A stretch of DNA of 64,000 bases, from positions 124,001 to 188,000 of the forward strand of contig MU058584.1 in the NCBI GenBank assembly GCA_013265495.1. Direction: 5' to 3'. Of this stretch, positions 52,579-64,000 are shown piece after piece. Each line of letters begins with the position of its first letter. Within the stretch, counting starts at the first letter, position 1. This stretch comes from Vicugna vicugna. Lineage: Eukaryota. A program made the translations under genes and the position numbers. The notes under the pieces were generated by a model, which saw only the letters and a program-made list of their open reading frames with translations, searched no databases and was not told the origin of the DNA.

Positions 52579-55177
52579 ACTTGGTTTTAACATTTTTTGA
52601 TGGTGTAAGTGTGCTTATCTAAACTTTAATTTTCAGGTGTATGGTCTTCTTCCTCTTTAGTTGGACTCCTACTCCTGATATTTTTTCTCTGATGTATATG
52701 AAAAATGAGCCTTTAAAGAGTAATAGATCTTAGTTGTTCTAGAGAAATGGGCATCAATACTTCCATTAGAATGAAGAGAAATCTTTGAAAATGGCTTGCT
52801 TGCCCATCATTCTACCGTCTCAGCGTCTTCCATTTTCCTTTTATGCACAATTTAGAATGTCTTCTATGTATCCATTGCTTTTAAGTCCCTGCTAAGTCCT
52901 TTAAGCTTTATGTCACATTTTTTTCCCCCTCAGCTGATTTCCATCTCCCTTCCCCTTTTGTCTCTTAAGATATTTCTTATAGGCTCTCATAAGAGTTTTC
53001 CTTTCACACTACATGGGCCATTTATTAAAATCTAAAGACTCTAAAATGTTATTGGGTTTTTTCCTCCTGCTTGCTTTTGCTGTTTGGTTGAGGGGAAAGT
53101 ATTGTTGTCTTCTGTACTGTTGTAATATTTTAAGTCCAGCATTTCCAGATTTTGTTTGCAGGTAAGATAAATTATTGCACCCCAAGTCACTTTATGCATC
53201 AGAGAGAATTTCTTGTGATGTGATATGATGGAATCCTTCCTCCATAATGGTTTTTGTTTAGAATTTTATCTTTTCTGATGATGATGATATTTCAGCCAGC
53301 TGAAGTATATTTATTGAAAACATTTTTTTCAGTATTAGTATTATTTAAGGGTCTTCATCACTCAAAAACACCACCTGTGAAAATTATACAATAGACACTT
53401 GGAAAAGTGTGAGTGTGAGTTATTTTTTATGCCTTTTTATATATAGGAATTAGATTGTTCCTGTACAATTGACAGCTTCATCTCTTTCCCATTCAGCTAA
53501 CTGGGCCCTAAATCCTAATAATATTTTTGAGAGTATTCATGCAAAAGTTATGGCCTTAATCTTTTAATGTATTTTATAGAAGTACTTTCATGCAATAAAT
53601 TATTTCTCAAATGAGTTTTTGGTAGGGAAATTATGAGGGATTAAATTAATTTTTTGTGAGAAATGAGGATGTATTTCCCTCTGAAATTTCCATGTAAGAC
53701 CCTCTGAAACTAGGTAATCATGCAAGAGTCAGTCTAGAATCTATTATTAAAACTAATTTGTAATTCTACCTTTTTTTCCTTTTTGCACAGTGTCTTTATA
53801 AGAATATATTCCTTACTACAAATGAAATTACCTTCAGATCTTGTTTTAGACAAGGTCAAACATGATTATTTTATCTATTCGTTTAATTGAGCCTAATCAT
53901 CCTTCTCTCCCTTCTCCCCCTACGTAGTGAGTGAAATCACTTTTGAATGAGACTTTTTATTTAGGAGTTTCTCTTCAACAATGTGTTTGGTTGCCAGGGA
54001 TGAAAACCAGTATGAATCTTTATTGTACAGACATGACTGTAAAAGCTGCTATGAAAACATTTTTTATTTAACGGCAGAAATTGTTTAAGATATAAAGCAG
54101 GGATGTTTTCTTTTGCCTCTTTTTTTTTTTTTTTTAAGAAATCTTTCTTAGTTTGAATTACACCACATTACCAGTGGGTGGTTTTTGTTTTCCTAAGGTG
54201 GGTTAGTGATGCCTGTTACGTTTTCTCTGAGGTGGTGTCAGTGTCTGTCCAGAAAGTGCCTAATGATTTTTGGCATTTCTTTTGCTTTTTCATTTTCCTT
54301 ATCTGTTTCACCTGAAGGAGTAAAACGACTATTTCTCCATGAGTAAAGTGAATTAGAGACATAAAATTCTGTTTCAGTCACCTTTTAAAAAAATTTTTAC
54401 TCTTAGTTATAGAACATAACCTTATACTTGGGCCTGTCCTTACTAAAATGGATATGAATATGTATCTGTTGTAACCTGTGTGGATTAGGAAAATTTGTAA
54501 ACTGGTTTAGTGGAAACTTTATTTTCAAAGTAAACTTCTAAAAAATGCTACCAAGGTAGAATAAATTTATTCTTTTGTTGGAACTTCTAGAAAGTCTGAA
54601 TCTTTCTAGTTGGACCTTAAAAAAAATCATCAACAAAAGATAATGCCTAATAGAAGGACTTCTGTTTGCATTTGACGTTCCCCCTCAAGCATTCTCTTTA
54701 TTTCTCTTATAAAGTATGTATGATTCAGAAAAGTGCCAGGAACCCTACATCAGTTCATGCCATTTGACAGGCATTGAATTGCATACAAGTATATAATGGA
54801 CAGTGTAAGGGAAGTTCAGTTGTTGCTTATTTTTCAACCATAGTCAGTCATCTAATGTTTAAAATATCTGTTCCATACAAAATATAACCATCATCTTTTA
54901 CTTGTTCCTTCTGCTCTTTTTTTGTTGAGGTTTATAAAGGTGATATTTATTACACTAAATGATAATGGACAATTTCTAAACCTTTATGGGAGGAGATAGG
55001 TTATAGCTTGCTTTTTTATCTTCAAAATATAAACTTTATAGTAGCATTTATTCACTTCTTAATATTACTTAAGCTCAGCTTTTGCATGGAGAATTATAGT
55101 TTTGTATAGAGGTAAGAAAAAAATCATTGCAGCCTGTATTTGGCAAGATATTTACATTATAAATACAAACTTTGACT

Positions 55178-55391
55178 TATTTTTTTTAACATTTTTTATT
55201 GATTTATAATCATTTTACAATGTTGTGTCAAATTCCAGTGTTGAGCACAATTTTTCAGTCATTCATGGACATATACACACTCATTGTCACATTTTTTTCT
55301 CTGTGATTTATCATAACATTTTGTGTATATTTCCCTGTGCTATACAGTGTAATCTTGTTTATCTATTCTACAATTTTGAAATCCAAGTCTA
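55178..55391 (-). mobile_element. Short young L1 3' end
   Basis: Near-identical to 26905-27110 and 27405-27554. Confidence 0.88.
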
Positions 55392-58380
55392 ATGAGCCTA
55401 ATCTCTGGAGAAGTTTCTAATAAAGAAAAATACCCTAAATCCAACAAGTGATTCTCAGCTTTATCTGGACATTAAAATTATGTGAGGTGCTTTTAAGAAA
55501 TACCAGTACTCAGACCCCACTTCTAACCAACCAAAAGAACTTGTTCCTTATACTCTTAAGCTATCAAACCCTTTGCCAGATTGAAATAAATTGTGTCTTA
55601 GTACCAAAGCATGCCTTTTACAAGAAAATATGCATATCCTTTATAGTTAAAGATTCTGGCATTTGCATTTTTCTCCCTGTTCTAACATTATATCAAACAA
55701 AATTGGATCTGGAATGCTTTTATAAAGTCCCTACTTCTATAAAAATTAAGCTGTTTGTGATTTTCCCCTTTCTTACAAATGGTTGCAAAAGCTTTTAATA
55801 ATAATAATCCTATTTTAGGAAGTGATGTGAAAACATGGTATTCAACATAAATCATTTACCTGTTGTTAGTATTCAAAGCCTCTTTTTAATTTCTTTTAAA
55901 AAGACAGCTGAATTGAGGGAGAGTGTGTTTATGTTTCGTTCTTAGGAAATGGTTTGAAAAACTCATTTTGGAATTAAATAATTTTAGTTGTAAATTCTTT
56001 TTGTGGTTCACGAGAGCTACTAACTGAAATTTGATTGGAAATTCTGAAATTGGTAGGTCTGGTTTTTAGAACTGAGTGAAATTCTGAAACCTTTCTTAAG
56101 CCATATGAATGATGTAAAAGGCTTAAGTTTAAAGTTCTCAAACTTTGGAGCTCAGAGGTTTTTTAAAATTACTGAATTGTTTATAAATTCTTTGGTTGTT
56201 AGAGGCAACATTTTTTATAGTCTTTATGGGGTTTTCATATTTCTGCTAAAATGGGCCTAAACCGTTAATAGATAACTATGCAATCAATTTAAAATGTTTT
56301 TTCAATTTCAGAAGGACTATCTCAACACTCAGAAATTTGAAAAACAAACTGGGAGAAATCACCCATAATCCACTATTTTTTAAAAAAATTATTGAAACAT
56401 ATGTATGTGTTTCACTTATTTTAAAGGCTACATACATGTTTTTACATTATTGCAACAAAGATTATACACACTTCAATAGATGATAAGCATTTATGTTTAA
56501 ATCCAGTCTTACTAATACTAGAATTTCATTTGATTGAAAGCCCCAGATTAAGATAGCAATACATAAACCTCCTTTCGTTGTGTCTTCGAAGAATTCTTAA
56601 AGTTCTGTTACCTAACTGTGAAAATGATACTCATCTGAGGCAGGGATTATGACTAGAGTGTGGAAAATAGAGATCATGTAGCCAGGAGGACATGTGCTGG
56701 ATGACTGTGTGAATGTCTAGATATTTAGATTAGGATTTTACTCTGCTTTCGCATTGGGGTTCCATAATGGCATTAGCAATGTGTCTGTGATAATTTAATT
56801 ATTTAGTGCTTATCCCCGCCAAAATACATTTTACTACCTCTATAAATATGTATAAGAAAGCAATTACATTATCTTATACTGATTAGATGAGTTCTGCCTG
56901 CTTACATGATTTGGTATGAGTAGGAAGGAATCCTACTTCCTCTGTCAACATTTAAACATTTCTGAAAGATGCTATTGTGCACTGACATCAAGGCATTTTT
57001 TTTTTAATTTCTGATTTTTTTAAAAAAACAAAGAACTCAGTCAATTACAGAAACAGGTGCTGGACCACCCTTGTTCTCTGCATTAGAACACTGTACTGCT
57101 GACACATAAGTGTCTGCCTACCCTGAACTGAAATTATCCATGGAAGCAGAATATATATGTGTATATATATATAAGCTTCATGACATCTTTTCATCAGTAA
57201 TAATAGATGCTTCTTATTAGATGATTATTTTTTCTTTGTTTTCTTTATTGTGATGTCTTCAGGTTCCTAAAGGTCAATTAGCAGTATTTTATCAGTGAAG
57301 CTTTGTGATCCCAGTCACTCAAATTTAAAATGTTTCACTACTAAACTGAATTTAATTAATTTTCTCACATGGAGAAGGTAAAGTGTTACTTTTACTTATT
57401 AGTGAAAAGCTAGCAGGAGCTAATGAACAGGAATTGAACCTGCAATCAAAATTTGGTTCATTTTACAATCTGACCATTTATTTTGGCTTTGTTATTCATT
57501 CTCACTCTTACAGTTTTAAAACATTAACATTGGAAATAACATTTACTTCAAATAATATGCCACTTTGAAATTCTTGAATAAATTTATAGTTTCCAGTTAA
57601 GATTTTTGAGATTGAGAGATGTACTTTTGCCCCCTTAACTTTACAAGTGAAGAAATTTCGATCCAGACAATTAAATAGATTCACACAACTCGTGTGACAA
57701 AGCAAAGTCTGGAAGCTTAGTCATCTTCCGTTTCAGGCTAGTGCCCTTTTCACTGCACCTTACTACCTCCTTATTATCAATAATTGAGATTATGTTAAGA
57801 GAGAGTTCCAGAAATACGTGAACCAGAAGAATTCCACAAATTAACATAGTCTCTAATTAGTGGTAGTGGTATATTATTTTATTTTGCAAAATTTAAGAGA
57901 TATTGAAATGTTTCTAAACCAGAATGGACTGTAATATTTTTACTTAATTAAAGATTATGTAAAAAAAAACTAAAACAATCTCTATATGTTAAATGTAATT
58001 CTGTTTTGATCATAAAAATGACACTTCCTAAACAAAATCCAGGAGTTTCAATACCTCCAGTTCCACTTCTTCTCAGGAGGCGTTATTCGATACTTTTAGC
58101 CATGCCATTTGTGTTGGAGGGTGATGCTACTAGAGCATTTGGAGGTAGACTAGGAGGAGTTTAGTACAGATTTTATTTCACTTTTGAATGTACAGGTTTA
58201 AAATATCCTACTGACCAAGTCCCCCACCCTCCACTCTTCACCACCAAAAAACTGCTAAGTGGAGTTGTCATGGCTGTGTTCCTAATAACCTACAAAATAA
58301 AGGAGGAAAGCAGAGAAGCTGTAATTCTTTGTTAAAGAGAAAGGCTCAAAGGACCATTTTCCAAAAGAAGTTTATCCTCT

Positions 58381-58692
58381 GGAGCTGCACTTTCACTACA
58401 GTAGCCACTAGTCTTCAGATGTAACTGGTCCTAATGGAGATGTGCTGTAAATATAAACTGCACACTAAAGTTTGAAGACTTAGAGTTTGAAGGAAAAACA
58501 GAAAACTATTTCAATAATTTTCCCATTGATTACGTACATGTTGAATGATAATATTTTGGATATTGGGTTAAATAAAATAGATCATTAAAATTATTTTCAC
58601 TCATTTCTTTTACTTTTTTATTGTGAACTAGAAAGTTTATATGGGCTTGTATACATGGTTTGCAGTATATTTGCACTAGACAGCATGTGCTA
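58381..58692. mobile_element. MER33/MER3-like hAT-Charlie element
   Basis: cagtagccactag...gagatgtgctgtaaatataaa...tttgaagacttag...aatattttggatattgggttaaataaaata. Confidence 0.65.
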
Positions 58693-61600
58693 GAGCTAAG
58701 ATTTCTAACGTAATGGGGATGAGTCTTGAAGCTGAATCAAAAGCTTCTACAATGATATATTATGGAGACATTTATTCCATAAACTGTAGACTTTGCTTTG
58801 TCATCTCTTTATAATAATACAATATAGTAAAAGTCATTCAGAGAGAGGCTTAACTTTGTGAACCAAGCCTTCTCAGAATTCAACTTGGTCTTGGAACTTG
58901 AAATGCCTAAAAGACTGGATGGCGAGCATGCCCCTTAAGCATACCTTCTAAATATCATATCTTTTATTTAGATTTTTGGTGAGAGCCTAGAGTACTAGTA
59001 TTCTGTATTGCTAATTCAGGGTGGCTCCATATGCTTTTGAAACCAAATTGATGGTAAGATGGACATCGTGTTTTAAAGACTGAGACACTTTCCTGTTTTT
59101 ATCTGGATGAAAGAATAATGTACCTATGGTGCTGACAAATAATTTCAGGCAAAGTCAGGTTCTTCCTCAAGGAACAGGATGTGAACACTCAGTTAAATCC
59201 CCTAAATTCCGTTGAATTCCTGTAATACTTTTTCTTTGTATTATTTTTATGTGCATATCGCATATCTTCTGTAGATGTTGAGAATAGAGTTTTTAAAATT
59301 TACTCTTTATCCCTCATGGTGTTTTACATATAGTAAGTTTATAAAGTATTTTGAGTTAAGTTGAATTGAACCAAAACTGGATTATAAAGAAAATTATTTT
59401 CTCATAAGACATATAGTAAGTGAGGCACTTGGTTACAATTAAGGGTGTTTGTGGGCATATACCTAGGAATATGTAACAATGAGAGACATCTAAAAATCTG
59501 ATTCAGAATGAAACAATTTTAGGCTTCTAATTAAACTCTTTTGTATCATAATAATATAACTGTTTTAAAGTACTCCTGGCAATTCTTCAGTATTCCCAGT
59601 GATTTCATTAAGCCTATTCACCCTACAACAGCTGCAAGTTATTCCAAACATCTGTACTGAATCCCCATGCTGCATAAGCCTATTTGAAAACAACTCTCTC
59701 ACCCCATTAACAGCATCAGTAATTCTTTTATTACTTGTGTAACCAAGAGTTATAGAGAAATAAGTCTAGTATATCAAAGAGTGAATACTTAAAAGTGACA
59801 TACTTTGTTAAATACTTAAGAAGGAATTCTCTTAGATTTTAAGTTTTATTTGGTAATAAATATAAAGACTTAAAACATTCTGATTAAAAAATATTTCATA
59901 AATATTAAACAGTTTAAAAAGCATAATGAACTCAACACATCACTATCTTACTCCTTTGCTTCTGTAATATTGGTGAATATTTTTCTATGCTTTTTTCCCT
60001 ACATTTTATGCTGTGAAACAAGCACAAAATTATTGAACTCATTACTTATATATATTTCATAGGTTACTCCAATACTTCTATTAGGCACCTACCCAGACTG
60101 AAGAAATTTGACATACTTTTATGGTTGCTGTTCGATGGAGGAGTAATGAAAAAAGGCCTCTTAGAAAGCCCTTTTTTTTTTTTAATGAATTTCATGACCT
60201 GAGGGTAAATATTTTCAATAAGAAGCCAATAAGTTGAATATAATCTTTAGCATTTAAATTCCACATTATTGCACTGTATTATAAGAAGTCTTAAAGACCA
60301 AACAGTTAGTAAGGTAGGAAATATTAAACGTTACTTATGAATTATTTAATTTCTGTATATACTTTTAGAAACAAGATTAGAGTAATGGCAACAAATGAGG
60401 TCAGAATAGCTTAATCTTATGGTATGTGCTACTTTTTTGCTTTGCAAGTACATAAATTTATGTGTTACCTGAGACGTGCTCATCTGTAAAAGTTTTGCGC
60501 CAAACTAATGAGCTTTTAGCCCCATAAGAAAATTTAAAAATCTGAAAATTAAAAATGACACTTTAAAATCAAAACTTTAAAAGGCTATGAGAATTGACAT
60601 AGTCAGAAAGGAGTATAATATGACTCATTTCTTTTAGCTCTTCCATTCCTACCTCAAAAATCATTTAAATTTATTCAAAAAGGTTTAATTTAAAAGTTCT
60701 ACCTAGAAAATAAGTTGGAGACTTTCAATATTGTTTCAGAGTAGTGCTGTTCTAAACATATGTATACAAGAGGCAGATTGTTGTTCCTTGTAATGAATGA
60801 ATGCTAGGATCTGGGTATTCCTTTAATTATTTTATTTAGTCTCTTTGAAACTTCACTGTTTTCTAAACTAACTAAATTTACTCTGAAATTAATTCTGAAA
60901 TTTTTAGCTACACTATCAGGTTAATGGCTAATTTATTTTCTTAGTTACAATCTCGATCTTCTCTCAGTAATTTCAAGAAGCAGTATTATTTCATTAAACC
61001 ATGAAATTGTACCTGTCTGTTGATTAACGTATCCTGAGGATTTATTGATCAGTTATTTTGTGCAAGTGTATATGAAACCCTTTCTGTACATTTACTAGTT
61101 TACATTTGGAATACTTTTGCTGTTTAATCTTAGTAACATTAGTTACAGTAGAGAGACCACTATGTCAATCACCCATATATTATTCTGTCCTGTTAACCAG
61201 GAAACATTATCCTTAACTATCATGAAACAGATTTTCCTATTTGTCATACATATGAAGTATCTGAATGTACTTATGTGAAGTAATTTTTAAAGCCGCTTAG
61301 TCTTCATTGACCAAACATATTCTTCAGTCCCAACATGTCTCCCTGCCCCCACCCCCAGTGTATTTAAGTATGTTTTAGGTGAGCCATAAATTGGGTCTAT
61401 ATTTACAGTTTTGGCAATACTAATGTGTGTAGCAGACAGCTGCTATTTTTTAGATTTGAACTTGCTCTTGAATAACTTATAAGTAAATAAATGGCTAACT
61501 TATATACTCACCTAAAGTTTGGTGGTTTAAAACCACTATACTGTAATTTAAACACTATTTTATAATGGAGTGATTTTATTTTCTAGAAAAGTTTTACAAC

Positions 61601-62044
61601 TGAGAGTTATCATCAGATTATACTTTGATCATTCTTTGTCTGCCCACAGTAGAGTCACACATTTATTTCATCTTTGTGATGAACCAAGAAAGTCATTTAA
61701 CAGTTCTCGATTCTCTTCATGAACAAAGTATATCTTGGGAGTTGTAGAAATAGTAATATTCAAAGATTTATAGGACTGTTTCCACTACTCATCACTTAAA
61801 ACATATAAGAATAATTACTAATAAATAAGATTGCCTGTACTTATTTTGACAGTAACATTTTAAAATGTGACTGTGATAGAATTGTTCATGCAAATGCATT
61901 TTAGGGTCCTATTGATAATAGTGAAATAATTATATTGAAATTCTTTAAGTCACCTTTATTTACAGTCATCCCTAGTTCTTACTCTCATGTAATTAGTTCT
62001 TGCTTTCATGTAATTATCTATCATTCGTATAGATTAGAGACTAT

Positions 62045-62182
62045 GTTTTTGTTTTTGTTTTTATTAGGGAGAAGTAATTAGGTTTATTTATTTATTTATA
62101 TTTGGAGGAGGTACAGGGGATTGAACCGAGGACCTCCTGCATGCCGAGTATGCATTCTACCACTTGAGCTATACCCTCCCCC
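62045..62182 (-). mobile_element. tRNA-derived SINE (camelid vic-1-like) with target-site duplication
   Basis: Homologous to the other two copies; perfect 10-bp direct repeat tagagactat at 62035-62044 and 62183-62192. Confidence 0.88.
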
Positions 62183-64000
62183 TAGAGACTATAAATATTA
62201 TCTATAATGACAGTTTTCCCTCCAGTATATTCAGCATCCTGATCTTATATGATTCAGAGTGATGTTAAAGGTGTAGTGTGTGCTTCCTGATCACACACCA
62301 AAAAAAGACCAGAAGAACACAAAGAAAAGAGTGGAAATTTCATGTGAAGACAAATATGACTTTATTATTAGGGACATCCCAGAAACCTATCCAGGTAGTG
62401 GGCAGAATCCAGCACTCTTAGCAATTTGATATACTGACTGTCATGAGTGAATTGTATTTTCTACTCTGAAGGTCTCACTGTCGTCATTTTTCTTGGTGAT
62501 TTTAGAAACATTTATTTTGATCTGATGATTGTTGGTATGTAAGAATAAAATTATTGTTGACAGAGTTGGTCTGAATCCCAGCTGGTGCCTCAGCTATTTC
62601 AAATGAGGGCAGAGGCTCCAAGATCTCTGAGGTCTCTCCTGCCCTGTAACTCTGTGCTTTTGCCTAATGACATTTCTGTCATATTTTGGTTGACTGTTTG
62701 AATGTAATAGCAGACTTTTAAGAAAATCTCCTACATGAGACTTGAGACCTGAGATTTCAGATCAAGAGGGAGATGATCAAAGCCTTCAAAGACAAAAAAA
62801 AAAAAAAAAAAAAAAAAAGTATGAGCTGAGTCATGTAAGCCAGAAAGGTATATTCCCAGTATAGAATAATAAAGGGTCAGGACATTACAGACACAGGACC
62901 CTCACTACAATACCTGAAAGAAAGGAAATAAAGGAAATAATCTGAGTTTATTAGAATTCAGGGAGTTTTGTACAGGATAAGGTTGGAGAGGGAAATTGGG
63001 ACCAGATTTTCAGTTTATTGGCTATCACATTTTGAGTGGTACAAGAGAGAGCTGGGAGAATAGAAAAATGTCAGGGAAATTTTAGACTGCTTTGGATTAT
63101 TTTATTTTTTAACATTTTAGAAAGCAGCAGTTTGCTTTCTTTGCTTAATAACTGTATGTTGAAACAAAGAAAGGGGTCAGATTAGTCAACTTAATATCTT
63201 TACCTCCCTTTTTTATCTAGCATTCACTTCTTGGACATTTTCCTTGGTGGGTTTTTAAAAATAGTACCGTTTTGTTTTCCTAAATGATAGGTTTTTATTT
63301 TTCTTTTTAATTTATGGCTCCTTTTTATAATTAGCCTGATACTTCACTTTGCTATTTCATATTGTCATTCTAAACAACATTTGAGGTCTGTGTTTGTAAG
63401 TGATTTCTCATGATCTTCTTTGAATGTCAGAGTTCACAACCATTTGATAGGTCTAAAGAACATATCTATAGCCATGTTTCCTAATAAAAGATTTACTTGT
63501 TAAAAGAGTAAAGATCCAAAACCTAGAGAAAAAAGTCCTCCCCCCTCAAAAAAAAAACAAAACCTTCTAGAATAAGGAGCATTACCTTTGTAATATAGTA
63601 TCTTGCCAAAGGCCTCCCACCTATTCAGAGTCTTTGTTTATGAAGAATCTTTTGTTTGACCTAGCATTCCAGGGCAGCGCTCAGCACATCTTATTTCCTC
63701 TTGTGCTTCATCATTAATTACTCATATCAGCACTTAAGTAGATCTAACACTGGAGAGTGAACTGTAGTTTAGGTTCTTGTTAAATTGTTTTGAGAGTTTC
63801 AGATAATTGTGGATCATTTTTTTGATACTACATCAGAACTCAACAGGTGATCATTTCTTAAAAGATTAGTTTTAGTATGGAATCTGACACAGTATCAATT
63901 GAACTTTTATATACTCTATAACATTAAAAGCCATTGATCTATCCTGCATTTTGAGTGGAACTTTTACACATGGATGATTTTGGAACATCATGCACTCACT

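Noticed and set aside
19743..64000. Next ATF6 exon (DHLLLPA...)
   Set aside because: Not found by eye; it presumably lies beyond the window, consistent with this intron being long.

Overview
AT-rich mammalian genomic DNA, most likely from a camelid: it carries three copies of a tRNA-derived SINE that I recognise as vic-1-like, plus young L1 3' ends. The window lies inside ATF6 (+ strand). It contains five consecutive coding exons for the ER-luminal domain, matching human exons 10-14 (6666-6797, 12440-12553, 13601-13700, 17594-17661, 19628-19742). After them come >44 kb of the next intron; the following exon was not found in the window. Most of the rest is ordinary interspersed repeats (L1, L2, MIR, MaLR/ERVL LTRs, hAT and Tigger DNA transposons) and one 462-N assembly gap. 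The standout is an intact, intronless, CpG-rich gene nested in the same sense in that intron (ATG 51312 to stop 52052, 246 aa), encoding a strongly diverged paralogue of the proteasome activator PA28gamma/REGgamma (PSME3). It keeps the activation loop, the K188 equivalent and the C-terminal docking tail. It has lost the KKRR nuclear localisation signal and several regulatory sites, and has a candidate promoter and poly(A) signal of its own. It looks like an old, selected retrogene (an extra 11S activator subunit) rather than a dead pseudogene. Comparisons with human proteins and repeat-family names are from memory and hand alignment, not database searches.
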